Part shown: in pieces, positions 13,027 to 24,929 of the stretch | How positions within the stretch are numbered: the stretch's first letter is position 1 | How the letters are laid out: each line of letters opens with the position of its first letter | Assembly (NCBI RefSeq): GCF_963921235.1 | Contig: NC_086097.1 | Location: 175,276,001 to 175,340,000 of the forward strand | DNA length: 64,000 bases | Direction of reading: 5' to 3' | Source: Mobula hypostoma | Lineage: Eukaryota | The notes under the pieces: generated by a model | Told to the model about the DNA's origin: nothing | Database searches by the model: none | The model's input: only the letters and a program-made list of their open reading frames with translations | Program-made: the position numbers and the translations under genes

Positions 13027-13437
13027 CTTTGGCTTCTCCTTCTTGCGGCTCCTCTTCCTCTGCTCCTCGGCTCGCTGCAGTTGCACCTCTGCCGGCGTCC
13101 TATCCCTGTTCCTGGCGCCGCTGCCACTCCTCCGACCGCCTGCGCCCGCGAGTGGGGTTCCGCTGCTGGACCGCTTGCCAAAGCCCAGACATCGACCAAG
13201 GCGACAGGCGGCCGTCCACAGCCCGGCGAGCAGCAGCAACAGGCCGCCCGCCGCCGCCGCCAGTAGCAACAGCCAGCCGGCTGAGCCGGGGGACTGGCGT
13301 CTGAGCCACGGCTCCAGGCCCAAATCGATGCCCAGGCCGGTGCGGAGAAGGCCCAAGCCGGCCCATACTCCTTCCTCCAGCCGCCCCAGCAGGAGCTCGG
13401 CCTTGTCGGCCAGTACGTCGTGCCAGTTCGCTGCCAT
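13027..13437 (-). CDS. mtdh: Metadherin (LYRIC/AEG-1), first coding exon
   Basis: ATG at 13437 in gagATGG context. MAANWHDVLADKAELLLGRLEEGVWAGLGLLRTGLGIDLGLEP...hydrophobic TM...RAEEQRKRSRKKEKPK matches the MTDH N-terminus as I recall it (MAARSWQDELAQQAEE...GLGFLRTELGLDLGLEP...RSEEQKKKNRKK..EKPK). Phase-0 donor AAG|GTAGGA at 13027/13026. Later exons were not found in the window. Confidence 0.92.
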
Positions 13438-13870
13438 CTCCACCTCCACCCCTGCTAGACCGCCGGCCACATGGCCTGGGGAGCCAGGCTCGTCCCACTC
13501 CGAGCCTAAAACACTGCCAACGCCGCCTCCCGCATCCAGTAAGCAGGCCGCTAACTCAGCGGCTTCCACACCCGTCGCTCGACAGCCGGCCCTCCCGCTC
13601 CTGCGAGGTAACCCTCCGACCGCAGCGGCGCGCACACCTGCCTCAGCCCGCTATATAACCGGTGCTGTGTGGTCCTCCGACCACAAGGGGGGAGGGGGTT
13701 GGGGGACGTGCGCTGTACGTGGAGGCCGGCTCACTTGTAACGTCCTCCGACCGGAGGGGCGGTAGGAGGACGGGGAGGCCGGCTCCCCATGTGGTCCTCC
13801 GACAGCGGTGGTACTGTCATCGGAGTCCCAATCTCACCGCGCTGAATGCTGGAGGACCTCAGCGGGTCAG
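13030..13870 (-). promoter_or_regulatory. CpG island / mtdh promoter and 5' UTR
   Basis: Abrupt GC- and CpG-rich segment over the first exon; GC-box ggggcgg at ~13756; AT-rich ctatataa at 13651-13658. Confidence 0.8.
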
Positions 13871-16800
13871 GAGGCATCTGTGGAGGAAAACGAACAGTTT
13901 ACATGTAACCATTGGCTACCACCCATCGTTCTCAGTATAGATGAAGGGTCCCAACCTCAAACAACGACTGTCCATTTCGTTGCACAGATGCTCTCCGAGT
14001 CAAAGGAAATGTATTATCGAAGTATATATATGCTCCCATATACTGCCTTGAAATTAATTTCCTTGCAGGAATTTAGAGGAAAATAAAGAAATACAATAGA
14101 ATGTTAGAGAAACTCAGTAGGTGAGGCAGAATCTATGGAAAAGAATAAACATCTGGTCTTGGCCCAAAACATTGACTGTTTTACTCTTTTCCAAGGATGC
14201 TGCCTGCCTGCTGAGATCCTTCTTTAGGACTGGAAAGGATGGGAGGAAAGGCGCCAGAATAAAAAGGTGAGCTACTGACTCCACCTCTGATCCCCTAATG
14301 AGGCTCATGGACCTCCAGCCTCTTCCTCCTTTAATTGACAATCAGCTCTTTGGTTTTATTGATGTTGAGTTAGAGGTTATTGTTGTGGTACCACTCAACC
14401 AGATTTTCAATCTCCTGCCTATATGCTCATTCATCATCACCTTTAATTTGGCCAAGAACAGTATGTCATTGGCAAAATTAAATACAATATTGGTGCTGTA
14501 CTTAGACATGCAATCTTAGGTAAAAAGCAGGGGGCAAGCATACAGCCTTGTGGTGAATCTATGCTGATGATGAATGTGGTGAAGTTGTTGTTGCCAATCT
14601 GTACTATATGGGGTTTGCCAGTGAGGAAATTGAGGATCCAGTTGCAGAGGGAGGTATTGAGGCCCAGGTCTTGGTGCTTAGGGTTAAGTTCCTCCAGATT
14701 TTTGTGTGTTGCTGCATGAGGTCAGTCAGCGAGCCTGGAGTTCAAGGCCTGTGTCCCATTATCGGCGAGTCTGGGATCGATACTAAAGATCAAAACTCAA
14801 AGGTCAATTATAAGTTGAAGCCCGGAGTTGGAAACTGAAGGCTCTGAGGTCTGTCCTGGAGTTGGAGGACTGCCCAAGTGTGTGGGTGGATGGGAGGGAG
14901 GAAAGAGGCTTCTTTTGCTGATTTGTTGCTTGTTGTGTTCTGTATTTTTTTTGCTGAGCAATGTGGGCCTGCTACATTGGTGCCAGAATGTGTGACCACA
15001 CTTGGAGGCAGCCCCTAGCACATCCTTGGGTTGTGCTGATTGTAAATGCAAGCAATGCATTTTGCTGTATGTTTCCATACACTTGTGATAAATAAATCTG
15101 AATCTGACATATAGGTGATGTGTGGTCAAGCCAACGGAGTTCGCAGCTGCTGGATTCTTGAGCAACACAGATTCTGCTGGAGGAACTCAGTGAGTTGAAC
15201 AGCATCTGTGGGGGGAAAGGACCAGGCACTGGGATGTGCTGTCCTCCAGCCAGAGGATGCAGTCTATAGCTGCTGATGTGTTCAGTAAGTGCAGTGGCTA
15301 CAAATGGCTTACTTAACTCACTCTATATAGTTCGTAACAACCAGTCCATAAGGACAGAAGACTAATATATCGAAGCAATATTGGACTGTCTGGCTCATTG
15401 AGTCTGCTCTGCCATTAGATCATGGCTGATTTACTTTCCATCTCAACCTATTCTCCTGCTTCCTCCCTGCAATCTTTGACGCCCTTACTAATTGAGAACC
15501 TAACAACCTCCATTTTAAATACACCTAATGTATGGACTTCACAGCCAAGATGGATTCTACAGATTCACCACCTTCTGGCTGAAGAAAACCTTCTTCATCT
15601 GTTCTAATGGGATTCTATTGAGGTTGTGCACTCTGGTCCCAGTCTCTCCCACTATTGGAAGTATCCTCTCCACATCCACTCTCTCCAGGTCTTTCAATAT
15701 TTAGTAGGTTTCATTGAGGATCCCCCCCAACTCCCCTCCATTCTTCTAAGCTCTGGTGAGTATAGGCCCAAAGTCATCAAACACTCCTTGTACATTAAAC
15801 CTTTCAGTCCTGAAATTATTTTCAATAATCTCCAATGCCAGCACATCCCTTCTTAGAATCAGAATTAGGTTTAATATCACCAGCATATATCATGAAATTT
15901 GTCGTTATGTGGCAGCAGTAGATTGCAATACATAATAATTTTAAAAACTATAAATTGCAATAAGTAATATATTTTAAAGGAATTAAATAAGTAGTGCAAC
16001 AAAAAGCAGAAATAGAGAAAAAAGTATTGAGGTACATGGGTTCATTGTCTGTGGAGAAATCTGATGGAGGTGGGGGAAAAGCTGTAACTAAAACATTGAG
16101 AGTGTGTCTACAGGCTCCTGTACCTCCTCTTTGACAGCAGCAATGAGAAGAGAGCTTGTCCTGGGTGATGGGGGGCCTTTAATGATGTATGCCACCTTTT
16201 TGAGGCATCACCTTTTGAAGATGTCCTCTAACTCTGCAACTTCTTGCTATCATGGGCAGAGCAGTTGCCATACCAAGCCGCGATGCATCTGGATAGGATG
16301 CTTTCTGTGGTGCATTGATAAAAATTGGTGAGGGTCAAGATGAACTTGCCATTGAGGGGTTCCAGTAAGGTTTAACCAGACTGGTTCCAGAAATGATGGG
16401 TTTACCATATGAATGGAGATTGAATAATCTGGGACTGGACTCCATAGGTTAGAAGATTGAGTGGATATCTTATTGACCCTTACAAAATTCTTGAAGGGCA
16501 GACGCAGGGAAGAAATTTCCCCTGGCTGAGGAGTCTAGGACCAGGGGCACAGCCTGAAGTTAAGCGGTAGGCTGTTTAGGCTGAGGTGAGGAGAATTTCT
16601 ATCAGGCAGAGTATGGTGAATATTGGAAGTCTCTCTCCCCTCCCCCCCCCCACCCCCCAAATGACTGTGATGGCTCCATTACCTGCATCAGAGCAGAGGT
16701 CAATGTCAATGACAGAGGAGTGGACATTGATGGAATCTAAGGATATACAGCACTGAGATATGTCAGTAATGGTCTTGATGACAAACAAAGTAGGTCCAAA

Positions 16801-17003
16801 GGAGTGGGTTTCCTACCTTGCTCCTGATTCCTCTACCTCATGCTCTTGAGTCACTATTAAATTCACCGCTGACACTGATTGATAAAACCATTTTCAATTT
16901 TAAGTTCTATCACATAACCACAAATGATTAAATGGCACCTCTATCTAAATCATGATAATCCTGCAGTCACAATCCAACCTCATTATGATTGTTTTGAATC
17001 ATT

Positions 17004-17009
17004 TTTATT
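17004..17009 (-). terminator. mep1b: Probable polyadenylation signal of mep1b
   Basis: AATAAA on the minus strand about 200 nt after the stop codon. Confidence 0.6.
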
Positions 17010-17210
17010 TAACATTTTCATGTAATGCTGTACATTTAATGTTCAAACACCATCAATTATTACAATCAGCTCCCTTAGTACAATTTTTAACTAGAAGTCA
17101 AATATCGGTAAAGCTAAGTCACAATTCACAAATCTGTCCAGTTTGATTTGGATTTCTGCTGAAATGTCCTCACTTGGAGTTTCCTGTCCCTTTTCCGTGA
17201 GTAGAGTCTT

Positions 17211-17222
17211 TCAGAAATGGGT
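17211..17222 (-). CDS. mep1b: Meprin A beta terminal coding exon 15 (THF*)
   Basis: Acceptor gttttttttgacag|ACC CAT TTC TGA, phase 0; comparable to the short human terminal exon (QHAF*). Confidence 0.7.
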   Translation of the reverse strand, partial: THF

Positions 17223-17599
17223 CTGTCAAAAAAACAATGCAACAATGTTGACATTGGAAATTGATAATGTTATGAGTATAGTTCCAAGCAATGCAATTGA
17301 GTCTTCATAAGCAGTTCCCTTAATGGATCTATTGGCAAATGCATAGCCCGGGTTGGAGCTGGACTTCACAGACAAGTAGATCCCGCTCAGCCAGACGGGC
17401 TGAATTCTCAGATCACAGCTGGAGCTGGATGGACTCTACTTGGAAAATGCACTACCTCACTGGGATCTGAAAGCCAAGGTGTCCCGAATTGTTACCAGGT
17501 TTCTGATTATTTAGAAATACTGATGGTTTGGCAACTGTTGCTCACTGTTCTGAAGTATGAACCTTCAAGCATCGTAATTACACAATGGATGACATTTGT

Positions 17600-17770
17600 G
17601 CAGGCGGTGGAGCCACTGGCTCATGGCTCCAGAGACGTGAGTTTGAGTCTGGCCTCAGTTCCTGTCTGTGTGGAGTCTGCACGTTCTCCCTGAGATCGTG
17701 AGTTTCCTCTGGGTGCTCTAATTTCCTCCGACCGCCCTGACATGTGCAGGTTGGTGGGTGAATTTGATCA
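17600..17770 (+). mobile_element. V-SINE-like element
   Basis: ctgtgtggagtctgcacgttctccctg...gtttcctctgggtgctc resembles the V-domain. Confidence 0.55.
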
Positions 17771-17849
17771 GAAACGCAATGTCTGAGCAAGTGGTGGACT
17801 CACCGTGTTTAAGAAGCATGGTGTGCAACAGACCAAAAGCAGGTCAATA

Positions 17850-20660
17850 GGATTAGAACATAGAAATCTACTGCACATTACAGGCCCTTCAGCCCACAAT
17901 GTTGTGCCAACTATGTAACCTACTCTACAGACTACCTAGAATTTCCCTACAATAGCCCTCTATTTTTCTAAGCTCTATATACTATGAGTCTCTTTAAAGA
18001 CCCTATTGTATTTGCCTCTATCACCCTCGCTGGCAGTACATTCCATGCATCCACCACTGTGTGGAAAAATTCACCTCTGACATCCCCCTTGTACCTACTT
18101 CCAAGCACTTAAAACTATGCCCCTTCATGTTAGCCATTTCAGCCCCGGGAAAAAGCCTCTGGCTATCCACACGATCAATGCCTCTCATCATCTTATACAC
18201 CCCTATCAGGTCACCTCATCCTCCGTCACTCCAAGGAGAAAAAGCCAAGTTCACGCAACCTATTCTCATAAGGCATGCTCCCCAATCCAGGCAACATCCT
18301 TGTAAATCTCCTCTGCTCTCTCTCTAAAGTATCCACATTCTTCCTCTAATGAGGTGACCAGAACTGAACACAGTACTCCAACTGGGGTCTAACTAAGGTC
18401 TTGTATAGCTGTAACATTACCTCACAGCTCTTGAACTCAATCCCACAGTTGATGAAGGCCAACGCACCATATGCCTTCTTAACAACACTGTCAACCTGCG
18501 CAGCAGCTTTGAATGTCCAATGGACATGGACCCCAAGGACTTGCTGATCCTCCACACTGCCAAGAGTCTTACTAAAGACAATATTATATACTTTCTTCAC
18601 ATTTGACCCACCAAAATGAACCACCTCACACTTACTTGGATTGAAGTCCATCTGCCACTTCTCATCCCAGTTCTGCATCCTATCGATGTCCCGCTGTAAT
18701 CTCTGACAATGCTCCAGACTATCCACAACACCCCCAACTTTTGTGTCATCAGCAAACTTAGTAACCCACGCTCCTACTTCCTCCTCCAGATCATTTATAA
18801 AATTCACAAAGAGGAGGGGTGCCAGAACAGGCCCCTGCAGATCACCACTGGTCACCGACCTCCATGCAGAATACGAATCATCTACAACCACCTTTTGCCT
18901 TCTGTAGGCAAGCCAATTCTGGATCCACAAAGCAAGGTCTCCATGGATCCCATGCCTCGATACTTTCTGAATGAGCCTTGCATGGGGAATCTTATCAAAT
19001 GCCTTACTGAAATCCATATACACTGCATCCATTGCTCTACCTTCATCAATGTCCTTTGTTACATCCTCAAAGAACGCAATCAGATCCGTAAAGCCTGACC
19101 TGCCCTTGACAAAGCCATGCTGACTATCCCTAATCAAATTATGTCTCTCCAAATGCTCATAAATCCTGTCTGTCAGAATCTTCTCCAACAACTTGCCCAC
19201 CAGTGAAGTAAGACTAACTGGTCTATAATTTCATGGGTTATTTTTACTCCCTTTCTTGAACAAGGGAACAACATTTGCAACCTTCCAATTCTCTGGTACT
19301 CCTCTTGTCCCTATTGATGATGCAAAGACCATCGCAAGAGACTCAACAATCTCCTCCCTTGCTTCCCACAGTAGCCTGGGTATATCTTGTCCAGTTCAGG
19401 TGACTTACTCAACTTAATACCTTTAAAAAGCTCCAGCACGTCCTCTTTCTTAATGTCTATTCAGTCAAGCATTTCAGTCGCTGTAATTCATCCCCACAAT
19501 TGCCAAGGTCCTTTTCACTGGGGCATACTGAAGAAAAGTGTTCATTAAGTACCTCCACTACCTCCTTCGGCTCCATGCACGTCTCCACTCTCACTCCTGA
19601 TTGGACCTATTCTCACATGCCTCATCCTCTCGCTCTGTACATACTTGTAGAATGTCTGGGGGTTTTCCTTAACACTGCTCACCAGGGCCTTCTCATGGCC
19701 TCTTCTAGCTCTCCTAATTACATTCTTGAGTTCCTTCCTGGCACCCTCGTAATCTTCTAGAGCTCTAACAGTACCTAGTTTCTTGAACCTTTCATAAGCT
19801 TTTTTTCTTTTTCTTAACTAGATTTTCTACATCCTTTGTACACCATGTTTCTTTTACCCTACCATCCTTTCCGTGTCTCAATGGAACATACCTATGCAGA
19901 ACATTCCCTGAACATTTGCCACATTTCTACCATGCATTTCCCTGAGAACATCTGATCCCAATTTATGTTCCCAAGTTCCTGCCCAAGAGCATTATATTTC
20001 CCCCTACCCCAATTAAACGCTTTCCTAACTTGTCTGCTCCTATCCATCTCCAGCACTATGGTAAAGGAGATAGAATTGTGATCACTACCTCCAAAATGCC
20101 CTCCCACTGAGAGATCTAACACCTGACCAGGTTCATTTCCCAATACCAGATCAAGTACAGCCTCTCCTCGAGTTGGCTTATCTATATATTGCATTAGGAA
20201 ACCTTCCTGAACACACCTAACAAACTCCACCCCATCTAAACTTGCTCTAAGGAGATACTTGTCAATATTAGGAAAGTTAAAATCACTCATCACAGCAATC
20301 CTATTATTGTTGTATCATTTTAGGATCTGCCTCCCTATCTGTTCCTCAATGTCTCTGTTACTACTGGGAGAGTCTATGAGAAAACACCCATTAGAGTTAT
20401 TGCTCCTTCCTGTTTCTGATTTTCACCCACAATGACTCAGACAATCCCTCCATGACTTCCTTCTTTTCTGCAGCTGTGATACTATCCCTAATTAGCAGTC
20501 CCACTCCCTCACCGTTTTTTGCCTCCTTCCCTATCCTTTTTGAAATATCTAAAGCCTGGCATACTCAGCAGCCATTCCTGCCCCTGTGTCATCCAAGTCT
20601 CTGTAATGGCCACAACATTCATCAATGTATTGATCCACACTTTAAGTTCATCCTTCTTGC
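17850..20660 (-). mobile_element. CR1 LINE (endonuclease/RT), 5'-truncated
   Basis: ORF 18346-19200 with SQHGFVKGRS, YMDFSKAFDK, KFADDTK, LVRPQLEYCVQFWSPH; APE fragments at 19892-20293 (DFNFPNID, SDHN). Confidence 0.92.
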
Positions 20661-20891
20661 CTATAAAACTAGTGTCAATAATAGTCAGCACCAATGATGG
20701 TGGTTCAATTCCTGCCGCTGTTTGCAGGGAGTTTGTACGTTCTCATTGCTGGTGCTGTAAAGTGTTACTCTAGCTGCCACACTACCATGCCATCCCAGTG
20801 AACGTTGACTTCCAATGCTTGCACAGAAAAAAAAATTAAATATGGGGGATCTGCACAACTTGTTTTTTACAAATTAGTTTTGAATACTCAC

Positions 20892-21096
20892 ATTGGCTGA
20901 ACCGACTCCTTTGCCAGACTTGATGATTTGCTTCTGATACTTCTTCCTCATGCAGTATGCGGTGAACAGCATGATCAGCAGCATGCCCAGGAAGATGACT
21001 ACAGATGAAGTCACAGCAATTACAACGGCATCCTGTTGTTCACTAAGGTTTTCACAGTATTTGCCTGAATACCACCAATTATCGCCTGTTTGACAC
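20892..21096 (-). CDS. mep1b: Meprin A beta exon 14 (EGF end, transmembrane, cytoplasmic tail)
   Basis: CQTGDNWWYSGKYCE...AVVIAVTSSVVIFLGMLLIMLFTAYCMRKKY; ttacag| and |gtgagt; 205 nt. Confidence 0.92.
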
Positions 21097-21683
21097 CTGT
21101 AAGACAACAGTCAGATGTAGGTCTATTTGGCCGAACTGGTTGACATTGTTTATATTACTCACCTATTGAAAGTATCCTGATTTGTAACATCATGGTCCTG
21201 TCCAGCATTTCAATGGCAAAAGAACGCAAGAAGCTGCAGAGAGTAGTGCCCTCTGCCCAAAATAATATGGGTACACCGCTCCTCACTGCAATAGTATCTA
21301 CAGGAAGCACTGCCTCAAAAAAGACACAAAGATTTCCACCATCTGGGCAATGAATTAACATCCAGCATGATGTACAGAAGCCTGAAGTCCACATCACCAG
21401 GCTCAAGAACAGCTACTGTACATCCCTTCAACTATTCAGTTCTTGAACCAACCTGCACAACCCTAATCGCAACACTATGACCACTTTACACTAAATGGAT
21501 ATTGCTTTGCTTTGTGCTAATTGTGGGTTATTGCAAAAGGGCTCTAAAATTTGTTTTTCTTGTGAATGCTGCCTGTCTAATGCTATGTGCTCATGAGGCT
21601 GCTGGAAGTAAGTTTTCTTTTTCATTGCATCTGTGCATGTACAGTATAGACTTGTACATATGCAATAAACTTGATTTTGACTT

Positions 21684-22558
21684 TGAACATAGAATAGTAC
21701 AGCACAGTACAGGTCCTTCAGCCCACAATGTTGTGCTGACCCTCAAACCCTGCCTCCCATATAAACTCCCACCTTAGATTCCATATACCTGTCTAGTAGT
21801 CTCTTAAACTTCACTAGTGTATCTGCCTCCACCACTGATTCAGGCCGTGCATTCCACGCACCAACCACTCTCTGAGTAAAAAACCCTCCTCTAATATCCC
21901 CCTTGAACTTCCCACCCCTTACCTTAAAGCCATGTCCTCTTGTATTGAGCAGTGGTGCCCTGGGGAAGAGGCGCTGGCTATCCACTCTATCTATTCCTCT
22001 TATTATCTTGTACACCTCCATCATGTCTCCTCTCATCCTCCTTCTCTCCAAAGAGTAAAGCCCTAGCTCCCTTAATCTCTGATCATAATGCATACTCTCT
22101 AAACCAGGCAGCACCCTGGTAAATCTCCTCTGTACCCTTTCCAATGCTTCCACATCCTTCCTATAGTGAGGTGACCAGAAATGGACACAATACTCCAAGT
22201 GTGGCCTAACCAGAGTTTTATAGAGCTGCATCATTACCTTGCGACTCTGAAACTCTATTCCTCGACTTATGAAAGCTAACACCCCATAAGCTTTCTTAAC
22301 TACCCTATCTACCTGTGAGGCAACTTTCAGGGATCTGTGGACATGTACCCCGAGATCCCTCTGCTCCTCCACACTACCAAGTATCCTGCCATTTACTTTG
22401 TACTCTGCCTTGGAGTTTGTCCTTCCAAAGTGTACCACCTCACACTTCTCCGGGTTGAACTCCATCTGCCACTTCTCAGCCCACTTCTGCATCCTATCAA
22501 TGTCTCTCTGCAATCTTTGACAATCCTCTACACTATCTACAACACCACCAACCTTTGT
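21684..22558 (-). mobile_element. Young CR1 LINE 3' end with uninterrupted RT C-terminal frame
   Basis: ORF 21743-22600 is stop-free: TKVGGVVDS...WQMEFNPEKC...RPHLEYCVHFWSPHYRKD. Confidence 0.92.
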
Positions 22559-22889
22559 GTTGAAGGCTGAGCATAGAACAGTACAGTACAAGCCCTCCAA
22601 CCCACGATGTTGTACTAACCTTTTAAACTACTCCAAGATCAATCTAACCCTTTCCTCCTACATAACCGTCCATTTTTCTCTTGTGTCACAAATGTATCTG
22701 CCTCCACCACCATCTCTGGTAACACTTTCCTCCTCTCACCGCTCTGTGTAAAACAAACCTACCTCTGATATCCTCCCTATATTCTCCTCCAATCACCTTC
22801 AAATTACATCCTCTTTATTAGCTATTTCCGCCCTGGGAAAAAAAGCGTTGGCTATCCACCCAATCTCTGCCTCTATCATCTTATACCCC

Positions 22890-23451
22890 TGTAACCCTCA
22901 GGTTCGGCTGGCGGCGATAGTCGAGGGGAAGATAGTATCTGGCCCTGCCAAACTTGTGAAATCTCGTTTGCGTGGATGCTGCGTGATGTTTTCCCATTAC
23001 AAATCAGTACCATGAAATAATGAACAGTACACCAGATGCAATTAAATGACAGAGCTTTATAATTCTTAATTTGACTATAGGGTTAGAAGAGAAAACAAAA
23101 AGGGAAAAAAAAGTGCTCATTTTAATGAAACAGTCTAATGTGCATGTTGGAGCTCACGATTTTCCTGTCCGTTCGTTCTCCATCAATTTTCCCCGGGTAT
23201 CCTCGACTCCTGACTCCATTCCAAGTTCACTCCATCCTGCAGTCTATGACCTCTCCGTCTGGGCTCTTCTCTCTCCATCTTCTGCTGAACAGAAGCCCGC
23301 GAATCCCTCGCTCTCGGGCAGACACGAAAGAAAAACCTCCCCTCATTGGATGCCACACATTCCAAAGTCCCTGTTATCTCTCGTCATAACCCAAACACTG
23401 CTGCCATAGAGAAACCATCACATTAGCAGTGAACTTTCCCGGGGTGTTACA
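22890..23451 (-). repeat. 3' LTR of the Gypsy element
   Basis: 562-bp direct repeat of 29974-30502, adjacent to the polypurine tract. Confidence 0.93.
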
Positions 23452-24341
23452 CTCTCCTTCCCTCCCCCCCCAACTAAATTTAGTCATATCCTCATGACTT
23501 TGAGATAATTTGCCAACCCTTCCTGCAAAACACAAAGTCCAACCCAGGTGTAAAAGGGAGTGATATAGCTCCCCAAAGCGCTAGGGGCCACACTCTGTTC
23601 ACCCGGTGCTACATAGGCCAGCCTATCTGGTGGTCTCCTAATTCTCTGAGATCTCCGTTACCTCTCACCTACCTCTTCATGTTCCGACACTACTGGTGAT
23701 ACTTCTGGTCTACCTGGCGAGGCCTCCCTGGCCTATCACTTGTGCCCACCTGCAACTTGGACCCCTCTGTCCCTTGGCTGAGCCCCGCTTCATCGCTTGC
23801 AGGGTCCTGCTGAAACCTAGTCTGTCCACAGATAGCCTCCACCCCTCCCCCCTCTCCCACCCCCCCCCCCCACCCCGGCCTCCGATTTCACCCGACTCTG
23901 TGTGAGAAGGGTTGGGAGTCTCTTTCTCAATCAATGGGGAGTTAGCAAAAGGCAGCATATACTGCACCCCTATGTGCTCATCCTCCAAATCAGTATCCCA
24001 GTCAGGGGCGGGGGCCGGTCTAATCTCTCCTGCTGTTGGTCCTGAAGTCTCCCCACATCACTGCAGAGTCCTCTGACTAGGTGTAGGCTCCAGGTTGGGC
24101 TCTGGGTCAACCCGCACCTCTTGTCCCAGAGGCAGAAGGTGGTTCCGATGGAGAATCTTGACAGGCCCATTCCCATCCTCTGGTTTTACCTGGATAACTG
24201 GTACATTTGGTATCTGACTCTCCACCACACAGCGGGTAGCCACCCAGCAGTTGGCCAACTTATACTCACCAGGTAGCCCCAAATTCCATATGAGGACTCG
24301 GTCTCCTGGCATGAGTTGGGAGAACCTAACCTTTTCATCAT

Positions 24342-24929
24342 CAGTCAGTCAGTCAGTCAGTGGGTGCCGTCCCGAATCCAGAGTTAGTGGCTATGCACCT
24401 CCATCTTCTTCATTTGCACTCTTTTTCTGGCCTCAGCATAACTCAACCTAGTCCATTGCCTCACCTTATCGTACCAAGTGGTTCACTGCCTTCCTCTTTC
24501 CCTCTTTCCTTCTATCATCCCTTCCAATAACAATTTCTGCAGTCCACCACCTCTTAACAAGTGCCCGGCATATTCCAGCTTCCTTTTCTGCACATTCTTC
24601 AGCAACTCCTTTTCTCTCCTCACTCTCTTCAACACTTCCATATTACTGACCTTCATTACCCATCTAATTTTCTGCATTCTCCTTAAACACCACATTTCAA
24701 ATGCCTCCAGTCGTCATTGCGCTTCCTTGAATAAGGTCCACGATTTGACTCCATACAACAGACTGCTCCAGACGTAGCATTTCCAATTCTATAACACAGC
24801 CCAAAGTCCAACCTCTCATCACACAGCACATCACTCAGGCTCCAGAACATTGATCTTGCAATCTCAATTCTTCGTCTAATTTCTGTATCACATTTCCCAT
24901 CCTCTGTGACCATCTGTCCCAAATACACA
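24342..24929 (-). mobile_element. RTE-clade LINE 3' fragment nested in the Gypsy integrase
   Basis: FVYLGQMVTEDGKCDTEIRRRIEIAR and WCLRRMQKIRW...LEGMIEGKRERGRQ; (CTGA)n tail; 14-bp TSD aacctttt(c/g)atcat at 24328-24341 and 24930-24943. Confidence 0.88.

Noticed and set aside
13438..13635. 66-codon in-frame N-terminal extension of mtdh from a GTG
   Set aside because: Similarity to MTDH begins at ATG 13437, which has good Kozak context; the open upstream frame is explained by GC content.
13043..13765. 240-aa plus-strand ORF and other overlapping ORFs
   Set aside because: Low-complexity P/A/S/R translations antisense to the GC-rich mtdh exon; expected from stop-codon scarcity in a CpG island.
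20874..20891. Meprin ending by read-through as ...SANVSIQN*
   Set aside because: A strong donor (AAT|GTGAGT) and a downstream THF* exon with AATAAA fit the known gene structure better, although an intron-retaining isoform is not excluded.
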